In this document: piece by piece, positions 35,414 through 49,492 of the stretch
How the letters are laid out: each line of letters begins with the position of its first letter
How positions within the stretch are numbered: position 1 is the stretch's first letter
Assembly: GCF_964213995.1 (NCBI RefSeq)
Contig: NC_135819.1
Coordinates: 57,970,001 to 58,034,000 of the forward strand
Length of the DNA stretch: 64,000 bases
Origin: Mustelus asterias
Lineage: Eukaryota
Reading direction: 5' to 3'
Notes under the pieces: model-generated
What the model was told of the DNA's origin: nothing
Database searches by the model: none
Seen by the model: the letters and a program-made list of their open reading frames with translations, nothing else
Made by a program: the position numbers and the translations under genes

Positions 35414-35626
35414 TGTTATGTACTGATGAGAAATTTGAACAAACTGCAAAGTAGAGGTGCCACCCTCGTGGGTTAAAGTCAAACACGATGCAGGTTTATT
35501 GAGGAGATGTTGCTTGTTCAAGGTCCAAGATGGAAAAGCCCCAAAAGCCAGCAAATCCCTCTGCTCATGTCACTACAGATCACGTAACATTCTACCAACA
35601 GATGCAACTACTTTAAATACACAGCA
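35414..35626 (-). repeat. 3' LTR of the Gypsy element (213 bp), preceded by a polypurine tract
   Basis: Minus strand reads PPT GGAAGTAAAAGGGGAAAGA (35627-35645), then TGCTGTGTA...TACATAACA with an internal AATAAA. Confidence 0.72.
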
Positions 35627-35828
35627 TCTTTCCCCTTTTACTTCCTTAGTTCTAAACAACATATCTTTCTTAATGTTTCTTAACAACATATCCAGTTAAA
35701 CTGTGCATGCATTATTTTGCATCATTATTTTCATATATACAATTAATAAGACAGTTCCTCAGGTGGATGCCTATTTCCTTTGTGTTGAATTCAACATTCT
35801 GGAATTTGGCTACTCGAAACCTTTGAAG

Positions 35829-38800
35829 AGAGTGCAGTTAAACACATGGATGCAGGGATGGTGTAGGAGAGAGGGTTTCAGCTATGTGGATAATTGGAAC
35901 ACTTTCTGGGGAAGGTGGGACCAGTACCAACAGGACGGGGTGCACCTGAACCAGAAGGGCACCAATATCCTGGGAGGGAAATTTGCTACGGCTCTTCGGG
36001 GGGATTTCAACTAATTTGTCAGGGGGATGGGAAAAGGAGTTGTAGTCCAGAGGTCAGTGAGTGTAGTCAGGTACTGGGAAGGGTATCATGGTCAAAGGTG
36101 GGTACCAGCAGACAAGAAGGTGGGTTGAAGTGTGTCTACTTCAAAGCAAGGAGCATCCGAAATAAGGTAGGTGAACTTGGGGCATGGATTGGCACTTGGG
36201 ACTACGATGTTGTGGCCATTACGGAGACATGGGTAGAACAGGGACAGGAATGGTTGTTGGAAGTTCCGGGGTATAGATGTTTCAGTAAGTGTAGGGTAGC
36301 TGGTAAAAGAGGTGGAGGAGTGGCACTGTTAATCAAGGAGAGTGTAACGGCTGCCGAAAGGCATTTCGAAGGGGATCTGCCTACAGAGGTAATATGGGCT
36401 GAGGTTAGGAATGGGAAAGGAGCGGTCACGTTGTTAGGAGTTTACTATAGGCCCCCAAATAGTAATAGAGATGTGGAGCAAGAAATTGCTAAGCAGATTA
36501 TGGATAGGTGTGGAGGTCACAGGGTAGTTGTCATGGGGGACTTTAACCTTCCAAATATTGATTGGAACCTTTATAGGTTGAATAGTTCGGATGGGGCAGT
36601 TTTTGTGCAGTGTGTGCAAGAGGGGTTCCTGACACAATATGTGGATAAGCCGACAAGAGGTGGGGCCACATTGGATTTGGTAATGGGAAATGAGCCGGGC
36701 CAAGTGTTGGATTTGGTTGTGGGAGAGCACTTTGGAGATGGTGACCACAATTCGGTGTCTTTTGTTATTGCAATGGAGAGGGAGAGGGCCATATGGCAGG
36801 GCATAGTTTACAATTGGGGGAGAGGTAATTATGATGCAATCAGGCGGGAATTAGGAAGCATAGGATGGGAACAAAAATTGTCAGGCAAAGGCACTAATGA
36901 TAAGTGGAACTTTTTCAAGGAACAAATACTGCGTGTCCTTGATAGGTATGTCCCTGCCAGGCCGAGAGGAAATGGCCGAGTGAGGGAACCATGGTTCACA
37001 AAAGAGGTGGAATGTCTTGTCAAGAGGAAGAAGGAAGCGTATGTTAGGTTGAGAAAACAAGGTTCAGTTGGCTTGATGGAGGGTTACAAGTTAGCAAGAA
37101 ATTAGCTGAAAACGGGGCTTAGGAGAGCTAGGAGGGGGCATGAGAAATCCTTGGCAGGTCGGATCAAGGAAAACCCCAAGGCTTTTTACTCTTATGTGAG
37201 GAATAAAAGAATGACCAGGGTGAGGCTGGGGCCAGTCAAGGACGGCAGTGGGAATTTGTGCATGGAGTCAGAAGAGATAGGAGAGGTGATGAATGAATAC
37301 TTTTCTTCGGTGTTCACCAAGGAGAGGGGCCATGTTTTTGAGGAAGAGATGGTGTCACAGGCTGATAGGCTGGAGGAAGTAGATGTTCGGAGGGAAGATG
37401 TACTAGCAATTTTGAATAAACTGAAAGTTGATAAGTCCCCTGGGCCTGATGAAATATATCCTAGGATTCTTTGGGAGGCAAGGGATGAGATAGCAGAGCC
37501 TTTGGCATTGATCTTTGCGTCCTCACTGTCCACGGGGGTGGTGCCAGAGGACTGGAGAGTGGCGAATGTGGTTCCTCTGTTTAAGAAAGGGAATAGAAAT
37601 GACCCTGGTAATTATAGGCCGGTTAGTCTTACTTCGGTGGTCGGTAAGTTGATGGAAAAGGTCCTTCGGGATAGGATTTACGACCATTTAGAAAGATGCA
37701 GCTTAATCCGGGTTAGTCAGCACGGATTTGTGAAGGGCAAGTCTTGCCTCACAAATTTGATCGAATTTTTTGAGGAGGTAACTAAGTGTGTCGATGAAGG
37801 TAGTGCAGTTGATGTCATATACATGGATTTTAGTAAGGCGTTTGATAAAGTCCCCCACGGTCGGCTTATGAAGAAAGCAAGGATGTGTGGGATAGAGGGA
37901 AGTTTGGCCGATTGGATAGGTAACTGGCTATCTAACAGAAGACAGAGGGTGGTGATGGATGGAAAATTTTCGGACTGGAAACCGGTTACCAGTGGAGTGC
38001 CACAGGGATCAGTGCTTGGTCCTCTGCTATTTGTAATTTTTATAAATGACTTGGAGGAGGGGGCTGAAGGGTGGATCAGTAAATTGGCTGATGACACCAA
38101 GATTGGTGGAGTAGTGGATGAGGTGGAGGGCTGTTGTAGGCTGCAAAGAGATATAGATGGGATGAAGAGCTGGGCTGAAAAATGGCAAATGGAGTTTAAC
38201 CCTGACAAATGCAAGGTGATTCATTTTGGTAGGACTAATTTAAATGTGGATTTCAGGGTCAAAGGTAGGGTTCTGAAGAATGTGGAGGAACAGAGAGATC
38301 TTGGGGTTCATATCCATAGATCTCTGAAGTTGCCACTCAAGTGAATAGAGCCGTGAAGAAGGCCTATAGTGTATTGGCGTTCATTAACAGGGGGTTGGAG
38401 TTTCAGAGCCGTGGGGTTATGCTGCAACTGTACAGGACCTTGGTGAGACCACATTTGGAATATTGTGTGCAGTTCTGGTCACCTCACTATAAGAAGGATG
38501 TGGAGACACTGGAAAGAGTGCAAAGGAGATTTACCAGGATGCTGCCTGGTTTGGAGGGTAGGTCTTATGAGGAAAGGTTGAGGGAACTTGGGCTTTTCTC
38601 TTTGGAGCGGAGGAGGTTGAGAGGAGACTTGATAGAGGTTTATAAGATGATGAGGGGGATAGATAGAGTGAACGTTCAAAGACTATTTCCTCAGGTGAAT
38701 GGAGCGGTAACTAGGGGGCATAACTATAGGGTGCATGGTGGGAGATATAGGAAGGATGTCCGAGGTAGGTTTTTTACTCAGAGAGTGGTTGGGGTGTGGA

Positions 38801-38985
38801 ATGGACTGCCTGCAGGGATAGTGGAGTCAGAAACTTTAGGAACATTTAAGAAGCTATTGGATAGGCACATGGAGTACTTCGGGATGATAGGGAGGAAATA
38901 GCTTGATCTGGGTTTCAGACAAAGCTCGGCACAACATCGTGGATCGAAGGGCCTGTTCTGTGCTGTACTGTTCCATGTTCTATGT
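35829..38985 (+). mobile_element. Young CR1 LINE (end of ORF1 + near-intact ORF2) inserted in the Gypsy pol 3' end
   Basis: DGVHLNQKG (esterase), APE and RT motifs. One stop at ~37103 and a frameshift at ~38330; FADD reads LADD; tail tgttccatgttctatgt. Confidence 0.95.
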
Positions 38986-39235
38986 CCTCTTTTTCTTCAG
39001 TTTGTAATTCTTCATTGTAAAACTATTTCGCCGTCAGTTTCAATTTGTGTTGTAGATCCTTCAGAAGCAGAATCTCGATTTGTCGCTGTGGTCTTTGTTC
39101 AGCGGTATCACTACTTAGAATTTCCGATGTAAGTACTTCTTGTGAAGTATGTGATTTTACTTCATGAGGCTAATATCTGGTCAGTGTGACGTCACCAAAC
39201 TCTCCCATCATCCGTCTGCAAGGTGTAAGATATTA

Positions 39236-39361
39236 GGGAGAATTTTCCCATCCCACCCACCACGGGAATCGTAGTGAGCAGTGGGGTGGACCATGCAAAG
39301 GTCCGTTGACCTCAGACGGGATTTTCCAGTTTTGGGGCAAGCACAGCCAGAAAATTCCATC
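39236..39361. mobile_element. Harbinger-type MITE inserted in Gypsy integrase
   Basis: TIRs gggagaattttc / gaaaattccatc. It interrupts the ILAKT[GP]..SYTLQT motif. Confidence 0.6.
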
Positions 39362-41845
39362 TGTTGGATCTGTTTTTGCTAGGATAACGGCAGGTACCCA
39401 TTTTTCATTGGTAGTATAGTTTCTTGCGAATTCTCGAATACTGAATCGATCAGCCAATCCAATTGTGGATGGATGGTACAGAGCTGATTTGATGTGTTGA
39501 ATCGCATTTTCTTCAAGTAGTCTTTAAACTCCTTGGAAGTGAACTGTGTCCCATTGTCACTTATGATTGCTCTGGTCTACCAAATTTAGCCCCTCTATAG
39601 GACCAGTATACTCTATGTGTACCGCTGCAACGGCTGTTTCAGCCATTCCCAAGGATGCAAAGGCTGTAGTGACGGAGTGTTTCTTTGCTTTGCACAGGAC
39701 TGAAACCATCCATTTCTCTTCAATATGGACATCTAATCCTGGCCACCAAAACTAACTATTGTCCCAATTTCTTCATTCTCACCACACCTGTATGTCTCTC
39801 ATGTAGCTGTTCAAGGATTCTGCATGGAAGAATAGTCGCTCAGATTACCCATGATAAAGCTCCACTCTGTTCTGTCAACTCAAGTCATCTTGTGGTGTAG
39901 GGCTTGAAATCTGGATTATTACAGTGTGTTTCTGTCATCGTTCCTTTTAGAATCATTTACATAACCTTCACCATCGGTTTGTGTGTGTCTCTGTACTTGA
40001 GATGAAATCACTGGTACACTATCTACTTGTGGGAAATATAGGATGTTGACAAAATGTTTTACAGTTTCATGCTTGATTTGTAATGGCAATCTTGACAAAG
40101 CATCAGTATTTGCAGGTTACTCTGACTTACAATATTGAATATCGTAGGTGTGTACCAATAATGTCAAAGACCATTTCTGTAACCTACTAGCTGCTCAAAA
40201 AGGGATACCTTCATGCGGCCCAAAGATTGTCATCAAGGGTCAGTGATCCATCAAAAGTGTAAAATGACACTCATAAAGGTATTAGTGAAAATGTCTTACT
40301 CCGAATATAATACTCAAAGCTTCTTTTTCCAGCTGAGCATGATTTCTTTCTGCGCGAGTGAGTGTGCGTGAAGCAAAGGCTATCAGTCTGTCTTCTCCAG
40401 GCAACATGATGTGTGTGACGATTGCGTCTACCCATAAGGTGATGCATCGCAAGCAAGTTATATCTTAAACTTGGGATTGAAATGAACCAATACCTCGGAC
40501 TTCTTTAGGGCTTCCTTCATCTCTTCACATGCTCTTTCACATTCTATCCAATGCCATGCCTGTTTAATGCATAGCAAAGTATGTAAAGGCTTCAATAGCG
40601 TTGCTAAATTTGGAACTAATTTACCGTATTAGTTAATCAATCCTAGAAACAATCTCAGTTGTGTCACATCCCGGTGCTTCCAAACTTGCTATCATCTTTT
40701 TCAGTTCCTTATGCAAGCCATCTTTATCAATGATGTGACCCAGGTAGTTTATGAATGTATTGTAAAAGTCACACTTTTCCTTTATGATCGAGAGATTATG
40801 TTTTTGCAGATGTTCCAGTGTAGCTTCCAAATTCTTCAAGTGTTCTTATTCACTTGAACCTGTGATGAGTATATCATCTAGCTCAGTGGTTCCCACCTTT
40901 AAGTAATGCGGCACACTTAAATCAGACAAACAATTCCACGACATACCACCTTTTTTCAGCTGAATCGTTTGCACATAAACTTCCCACAATGTAGTCGCAA
41001 ACCAACAATGGCCAATCTCACACAAGGGTAAGGCATAGGGTGTACCACAATTCAGCAATCCACTACAAACAAAGTGTTTTCTTATTACTCGGTCATTCAT
41101 CCTGTGTACTCAGTTTAAATCAACATTCAGACTGAAGTTCAGTTTAATTCAAAGTCATTATATTCAGTGTGGCAATAATTCCAGTTAAAATGCTAATAGG
41201 TATTAGACATGAAGATGTACCAATCAATGCCAATCAGAAAACAATAAAAAACATATTGTTGCACTGTAACATAACTGGTGCCCACACTATAAGAAAACAA
41301 CCTTTCTTACATTTACCAAGTTAAATGTGAAATCTAAACACCAAAGTTAGTTTATTGTAACACATTGTAGGTGCTTATAATTGCGAGATGTGAATTTAAT
41401 TTCACTGTCCTTAAGGCACACATCATTTATTTGCTCTCCTTTAACGGCACATGGTTTGCATTGACATAATTTTGTATTGCATTCTGTGTTACATAGCCCT
41501 GCTGAGTGCTAAGTGAAAGCAATATATTTAATATTAGATAATGACTACATACTTTACAAAAATTGTTTTGGGCACCTGAGTGGGGGATAGTGTCAACATA
41601 AAGTTTTACTGTCACTATTAGATTGAAACATTTCTTTTTGTCAATTTGTGATGCCTAAATGCAACACTGTCAACATTGTACCACATATCTTAAAATCTCC
41701 ACATATCCTTACTGAACCATCAGGTTTTAATACAGGCACTCTTGTAGTAACAGTTTCAATGATTCCTGTTTGAACTAGCCTTTCCAGTTCTTCTTCGACT
41801 TTCAATCGAAATGCCTACGTTATTGTTCTGGCTTTCACATATTTT

Positions 41846-42148
41846 TAGAACCATAGAATCCCTATAGTGCAGAAGGAAGCCATTCAACCCATCAAGTCTG
41901 CACCAAATCTCTGACAGTGTCTTATCCAGGCCCTCTCCCCTTCCTTATCACTGTAGCCCCACACATTTACCATGGCAAATCCACCTAACCTACACATCTT
42001 TGGACTGTGAGAGGAAACCAAAGCACCCAGAGGAAATCCACACAGATACTGGGAGAACGTGCAAACTCCACACAGTCACCCAAGACCAGAATGGAAGCCA
42101 GGTCCCTGGTGCTGTGAGGCAGCAGTGCTAACCATTCTGCCACCGTGC
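41846..42148 (-). mobile_element. HE1-like V-SINE inserted in Gypsy
   Basis: Reverse-complement head 'gcacggtggcagaatggttagcactgctgcc', V domain, tail tagaaccatagaatc. Confidence 0.9.
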
Positions 42149-43077
42149 TATCTGTTGGACTTAATTTTGAATTTGTCTTCAACTCCTGTCATGGAGCCCA
42201 GCGAATTTTCAAATACACTTTTGTACTTTTTCAGAAGTTACTGTAGGTCAATATTCTCATTGACCGTTGGATTTACAGTTCCCCAATTGAGTTTAATTTT
42301 TCCCAACCATGCTCCACTGAATAAATTTTAGCAGGAAGATTACCATAGAGAAGCAACTCACTGTTCGTCCATTCACTTTCTCTTTTACCCTTTTAGTGGT
42401 ACAACTTCAGTGTACATCCGTAAAATAATGTTTGATGGTTTCAACGGCAGATGATTAAGCTTCTGATTATAGATTATCTCAGGTATCAATCATGCTGCAG
42501 CCCCAGTATTGACCTTCATTTTGACTTGTCTTGGTAAGTGTGAACATACTTAAAATTTTACAAAGAATATCACCAAAAATATTGCTGTTCAGCAGGAAGA
42601 AGCAGCTCAAGAATGTACTATTGCTATTGACTGGTTGACTTCAGCCAGAAGGCTCTAAGTAAATAGTCCCAAACTGCCTGTAATTTCTACTGGTTTACCT
42701 TGGCTAAGTGAATCTTGTGAGTTCTATGCAGAGCCCTTATATTAAGAAACATGCAGAAGCAATGTATTTTCTGATTTGACAAAGGAAGGGAAATTTAATT
42801 TAAAGGTCACTTCAGTAACCCTTTATGCTTGTCAGTCCAAGAGAAACTATTTATAGTAACATGTCATTCTTTTCCTTTTCAATTTATCTATTTATCCAAT
42901 TACTTTTTGAAAGTTGTTATTAAACTGTTCCCACCATCCTTCAGTTATGTATTCTGGGTCATATCTCGCATATTTTCCTCCTACGTCAATTCTGGTTCTT
43001 TTTGCCAAGTACTTTGTGTCCTATGGCTACTAACTCTTCTGTCATTGGAAGCAGTTTCTCCTTATTCTCATTGTCTC

Positions 43078-43420
43078 CTGGGAGAGGATGGCCTAGTTGT
43101 ATTATCACTAGACTATTAGTCCAGATACTCAGCTAATGTTCTGGAGACCCAGGTTCGAATCATGCCATGGCAGATGGTGGAATTTGAATTAAGAATCTAG
43201 TGATCATGAAACTTGTTGATTGTCAGAAGAATCCATCTGGTTCACCAATGTCCTTTAGGGAAGAAAATCTGCCATCCTTACCTGGTCTGGCTTACATGTG
43301 ACTCCAGAGTGACAGCAATGTGGTTGCCTCTCAACTGCCCTCTGAACAAGGGCATCTAGGGATGGGCAATAAATGCTGACCAGCTAGCGACACCTATATC
43401 CCATGAATGAATAAAAAAAA
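43078..43420 (+). mobile_element. tRNA-derived SINE, best-preserved copy of its family here
   Basis: A-box-like tggcctagttg, B box ggttcgaatc, body 'ccatctggttcaccaatgtcctttagggaag..', A-rich end catgaatgaataaaaaaaa. Confidence 0.8.
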
Positions 43421-43559
43421 CTCTCATGAAAACCTCTGCTATATGGAGAGCATCCCGTTTCTCTAGCTTCTGCATGGAACTGAAATCATGGTGTTGGGAG
43501 TGATATACTAACAAGAAACGGAGCATTGGGATAAATGAATAATTTTCAGTTTGTAATTC

Positions 43560-46450
43560 TTGAAATGTCACAGGAATCTGTGCTGGGGCTTCAACTAGTT
43601 AAAAATGTATTAATAACTTGGATGAAGGGACCAAATATAATGTAGCCAAAATTGCTACAAAGATGGGTAGAAAAACAAATAGTGACGAGACCATAAGGCA
43701 TAGGAGCAGAATTAGGCCACTCGGTCCATCGAGTCTGCTCCGCCATTCAATCATGGCTGATTTTTTTTTCTCATCTCCATTCTCCTGCCTTTTCCCCATG
43801 ACCCCTGATCCCCTTATTAATCAAGAAACGAGGACATAAGGGCAGAATTTTAACCATAACCTGTTCCCGATAGCAGAGCAAGAAGTGGGTGCCACTTCCT
43901 CTCACTTGTTTATTGCAGGTTCCCACTTCATTACAGTTAACATTTAATGTTCCGGTGGTGTGCACGTGAGACACCCGCAATCATGCAGTCGGGGAAGCTT
44001 TTCAATGGTGACAATGCAGAAATCGGAGGCTATAAAAGAGCCCCCTGGACAAGCAAGGGAAGCTTTTCATCAGCTTTCTGCCCAACTCCATTGTCATTTA
44101 TGTAAGTTTTATTGATAGCACAAAAGTAACATGGGTGTTATATTTCACATTACATCGGTTTCACTTTATTCATTTGTGCATCATCATGATTTGTTGAGAC
44201 TAGCTCTGAGAGCTGAATGTGCTGAAATGCTTCATGATTCACGGGCATGGATGGTTTCAGGGATTTGGGGACATTTCTTTATTGTGAAAGAAACAATATT
44301 GTGTTTTTTTTGCATTTACTCTTTCGAATGCTCAAGCTGATGTCCAGTGTTGCACTTGCCACTCTGTGGAACATGGCTGAACTTGCTGGCTCTCTCTTCA
44401 ATGTATTGTAAAGGACATTGTCTTAGATCACTCTCAGAAAGAATAATTGAAATGTTGTAGGTGAACACAAAGCCCTGTAAGGACTCTCATGGCCAAAACC
44501 CTGATAGACCCATATGTACTGACACCACTCTTCTGATTTCCTAACCGTTGCTGATTCTTCCCAGCACTCACAACATACCAAGGATGCCAGAACCATCCAA
44601 CATCGCTCCTCCATCCCCCTGATTCCACCCCTCATGTCCTCCCTTGCAGAGTTCAACAAGGAAGACTGTTAACCTCAGACACAACTGCACAAAAGTAAAC
44701 TTGAATCTGCCATCAAGAAAATGAAATTTTATCACCTGACCAATTATTTTGCTTCGCTCACCATTTTTTCTGATCTTGCAGGCCCCATAAAATCAACCTT
44801 CCTCAAAAGAGTCTGCAAAGGGGTAGAGATGGGTTAAATGAATGGGCAAAACTTTGGCAGATGGAGTATAATGTGGGGAAATGTGATGCCATCCACTTTG
44901 GTGGCAGGTGAAGTTCAATACAGAGAAATGTAAAATAATTAATTTTGGTAGGAAGAAAGTGGAGACACAATATAAAATAAAGGGTACAATTCTAAAGGAG
45001 CAGAGGAAGCTCGGTCTAGATGTGCATAAATAATTGAAGGTGATAGGTCAGGTTAAGGGAGTAGCTAATAAAGTATACAGTATCCCGAGTTTTTTAGGAG
45101 GGGCATTGAGTACACAAGCAAGGACTTTATGTTGAATTTGTATAAGTTACTGGTTGGGCCACAGCTAGAGTATTTCATTCAGTTCAGGGCACTGCACTTT
45201 TGGAAGGATGTGAAGGCATTAGAGAGGATTCAGAAAAGATTCATGAGAATGTTTCCAGTGATGAAGAAATTCAGTTAATAAGATAGATTGGAAAAATTAC
45301 AACTGTTTTCCTTAGCGAAAAAAAGTTTGAGAGGAGATTTGATAGAGATATTCAAAATTATGAGGGGTCTATACAGAGTAGATAGGAAGAAATTATTTCC
45401 ATTTATGAAAGGAGTGAGAACAAGAGGGCACAGATTTAAAGTAGTCAGCAAAATAAACAAAAGTGAAATGAGGAAAAGTTTTTTCATGCAGTGAGTGGTT
45501 AGGATTTGGAATGCAGCACCTGAGGGTGTGGTGGAGGCAGGTTCAATTGAAGTATTCAGAAGAAAATTAAACTGTTATCTAAAAACAAAGAATGCAGGGT
45601 TTCTGGGAGAATTGGACTAGTTGAGTTGTTCATTTAGAGAACTGGTGAAGACACTCTGGGCCAAATAACCTCCTGCTTCACCATAACAATTCTGTGGTGG
45701 GAAGAATAGAAAAGCGAATTATTTGAATGGAGAGGGATTGCAGAATGCTGCACGATAGAGAGATCTGGATGTTCTTGTGCATTAATCATAAAAAATTAGC
45801 ATGGAAGTACAGTAAGTACCAAGGCAAATGGAATATTGGCTTATAGTGCAAGAGTGATGGGGTATAAAAGTAGGAAAGTCTGGTTGCAACAGTACTGCAC
45901 ATTGGTGAGACCACACATACGGCATACAGTTTTGGTCTCCTTATTTAAGGAGAAATATTGGAGGCAGTCCAGCGAAGGTTCACTCGGTGTATTATTTGAA
46001 TTGAACGGGTTGTCCTATGATGAAAGGTTGAGCAGATTACTCCTATACACATTGAAGCTTTAAAGAATGAGATGATCTTATTGAAACCTATAAGATTCTG
46101 AGGGGGGATTTGACAGGGTAGATGCTGAGAGAATGTTTCCACTCGTGGGAGAATCTAAAACTTGGGGCGCAGTTTAAAAATAAAGGTTCCTCCAGTTAAG
46201 ACAGAAATAAGGAGGATTCTTTTTTCTGAGAGTTAGTCTTTGGAATTCTTTTCCACAGAGATCAGTGGAGGCTGGGTCATTGAATATATTTAGGGCTGAA
46301 TTAGTTTTTTCAGCTATTGGGAGTCAAAGGTTATGGGGCACCAACAGGAAAGTGGAGTTAAAGCCACAATCAGATTAACCATGAGCATATTGAATGGCAG
46401 AGCAGGCTCAAGGAACCAAATTCCCTACTCTTGTTACCATTTCTTGTGTT
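43560..46450 (+). mobile_element. Nested old CR1 fragments (outer CR1 split by a CR1 tail, a DNA transposon and a second CR1)
   Basis: NNLDEGTKYNVAKIA at 43610-43660 resumes as SLQR..LNEWAKLWQMEYNVGKC at 44810. Inner CR1 at ~44900-45695; minus-strand tail at 43690-43828. Confidence 0.78.
43839..44797. mobile_element. Putative Harbinger-type non-autonomous element
   Basis: Begins gggcagaatttta right after TAA, ends taaaatcaacc, and interrupts a colinear CR1 RT segment. Confidence 0.5.
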
Positions 46451-47009
46451 CTCACACCTTTTATAATAGCCTTCTCAACTTGTCCTCTCTTCTTCAATGA
46501 TTTGTACTCCCCCAGGTCTTCTCTGTTCTTGCATTTAGTTTATATTGCCTCTTTTCATTCTTTCTAAAGAATTAAAGTACTTTACAAGCATTGACTTTAA
46601 ATTTCAGCTGCCATGTATGTGAGTCTTCATGAAGTCTGTTACTATCCTCTTTATTGTTTATTACATTTGCAAGTTTCTTGTAATTTGCAAGTTTCTTGTA
46701 ATTTGCAAACTTTGAAATTATACCCTGTCTACGAAAGTCCATGTCATTAAAATATCTCAAAGAGCATTAACGTAGTGTATATCAAAATAAGTTTGTGTGC
46801 GAACCATTAGCCATTTTCCACAGTAGGTCCCACAAATAGCAACAAGGTGAATGACTGACTCGTTATTCTCACATGATGGTGATTGAGGCAGGAGAGCTCC
46901 CTGATCCTCTTATTTCACGCTCTTTTATATTTATCTCGATTGCACAGTGAGGTCTTGGTTTAATGGTTCATGCAAATTATAATGCATTAATCCCCTAGTA
47001 TTCCATTAA

Positions 47010-49492
47010 AGGCTGGAATTTTTCTGAGGCACCAGTAGTCCCACTGCGAGGGTCAAAAGTGGGGGCGACCATATTTTGATAGCCAGAGGAACCAAAGGCT
47101 GAATCGTGTGGCCAGTCCTCCCCCTTCTAGCCTGTCATCAAAGTCTGTTCAAAGTCCACATGGCATTAGACCCTCTCATAGAATGTGGCAGATATGAGCA
47201 GCCATATTTCTTCACGTGCAGACGTACATGGCATTGTCTTTCACTCATCTGCAGATAGGAAAGTCATCTTCGGTAGATCATTGGTCATGCGAGTCACTTC
47301 TGTGTGATGGATCTTACCTCCGCATCCTCTCGGTGTTGTTGGACCTCAGGCCTGACCTCCTCTTGAAACTTGTGGGAGGCGGCCAGGCCCGTCTCCTCAA
47401 TTCAGACACAGCCATCAAGCAGGCAGCACTGAGTGCAGGCTCCATTGTTCAGTCATCCTTCCTGTGCAACAGATTTATGAATGACGGGCAACTACAGTCG
47501 ACCTCCCATTCACAGTCACGCCCAAGAGCTACATCAAAGCCACTCGCCTTTCCCTGATCCAGCTTTCCAGCTGAGTTGCTACCCACAGATCTAAGTAACC
47601 AAGATGCCACCCAGATACTTGACAGCTCAATTCCTGAGAGGTTTTGGACGATTAGTACATCATTGTCTGCATCTTTCGTTCTCACATTTCTTTCTGTTCA
47701 TGCTCCAACTGATTTACTTTATTTGCACTCTAAAGTTAAATTGCTCCAAAAACATCAGTGTTTCCAATTGCACCTTCCAGACTTCTATCAGCTCAGAGTT
47801 CATTTCAGTGTTGAAAGGTGCCCTCACAGAGAGTCCTTGAGCCCAGCTGTGGACTCCTCCCACACTGCCTCAGGCCCCTCTTGTGCAGATTCCTTTCCAG
47901 TCTTGATTTTAAACTGTTTCATAACTTTGAGGCATTTTTACATCAGGACCAGCTTCTATCCTTCCCTGTGCCCACATACCTCCTGATCTTCCTTGAACCT
48001 CACAACGCATAGGTAGAACTCCCACCAATGATTCTCCAGCCTTTCCCAGTAACCTTGGATCCAGTTGTCATTGTGCTGGACTTTCCTGCCCAACCCTACC
48101 AACCTATCATTGTAGATGTTCCCATGCCCCATGTGGAACTCACCTCTCCCCATTATGAGGTTATGTGCACAGTGACAAACAGAGGTCGTTAACTCCCCCC
48201 ATTACATTTTCCCCATTTACAGATCTACCATGATGATGCCATTGCAGCTCAATATCGATTCAAACACCCCAATTACCAGAGTGTGAGACTATGTCCATAC
48301 CCTACACATCAAGCTGTGCCTGATCCCCATTGAGCACACAGGCCTTGCTCTTCCCTGGAGCAGGAAAATGATGTGCATGCCTTGCATAGCCTGTAGCATG
48401 GCCTGTGAAGCCCCAGGCCTGCGTTAATCTCTCATCCCAATTAAGCAGTCCACGGAATCTCAGGACTGCCTTTAATCTCTCAACCAGACCTCATTGCCCA
48501 GTTTACTTAGCTCACCGGTTCCTTCAGGAAGGCCACAGGACTGTTTCCCCTCTGAGTATCTCTGCAGCTTGCCCCTCTTGTGCAAGTCTTCCACATTAAC
48601 ACCACTCATGAGTATATATGCAACTGTTCCCTCGCGTACCACATCATCTCCCCCACTTTCCTACTGCAGAATCTGCATGCATCCACTTGGATTCATGCAG
48701 TGTGAATCCCATTCATCCCTCTTCTGCGTATATGTTCCATATCAGGTTCCAGCTTCCCCACCCCCATCTTCCCTTTGCCCCCCACCACCACTATGACCAT
48801 ACTCCCTTCATGTCTTAGTCTTCCTCTCTGTCTCTGCTCCCCCCCCGCCCCCCCCAAACCCCGCCATATCCCTTTACCCTCATGTCGGTCATTAGTTTCC
48901 CACATCACCACCCCCCTGGTTGCCATACTGGTCTATGTTTTAGAATGCAGCCTTGCCTAAGGCCCACAACGCCCAATGCCTTTAACCAAGAGTAGCCCAA
49001 CACCCACTGGGAGTGGCCCAAATCATCACCCTCGGCATCCACCATGCTGCCCAAGGCATAAACCTCCAGTGTGCAGTAACACTGACACGACTGAGGACCT
49101 GGAGCAGCACTGTTGCAGGTAGGCTCCGAATATTGCGCTCACCACAAAGTCATGAGTGAAGTGAGGGTGGACAGCCCCATACCACTTATTTCTGGTTGTG
49201 AATGAGACCAATCTAACTTCCCACTGGCGTGGCACATAATAAAGATGGGGAAACGTGATTCTGGCAAGTTACATTTTTGTGACGTATTCAGGACATGATT
49301 GTGCATGCAGATAGGATTCCTGTCATGGGTCAGCACTAAATCCAACCCATACTCCGACCACCCCATGCAAATGGTGAGGGGAAAATTTTGACTTGTTTTT
49401 CTGCAAGCGAGATTCTGAGTTTTGGCCTCTCCAAATTTTCGGCTCTCACCTGCCACGAAACCCACCACTGTTGGTGTCTGAAAATTCCACCC
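47010..49492 (+). mobile_element. Decayed PIF/Harbinger element with Myb/SANT-like remnant
   Basis: TIRs ggctggaatttttc / gaaaattccaccc; GC-rich interior; LSAGSIVQSSFLCNRFMND (~47430-47485) resembles the ..QCRKRMNDL motif of the other copies. Confidence 0.6.

Larger units (their letters stand above)
35627..42530 (-). mobile_element. Decayed Ty3/Gypsy LTR retrotransposon internal region (PR-RT-RNaseH-IN), 5' part missing, several nested insertions
   Basis: Protease VKMKVNTGAA (~42500); [15 protein letters not shown] (~41710) and LDDILITG (~40870); RNase H LACDASPYG (~40445); integrase SDNGTQFTSKEF and YHPSTIGLADRF (~39450-39560); KWVPAVILAKT..YTLQTDDGRVW*RH; C-terminus RHPPEELSY* (~35750). 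The domain order is diagnostic of Gypsy. Confidence 0.9.
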
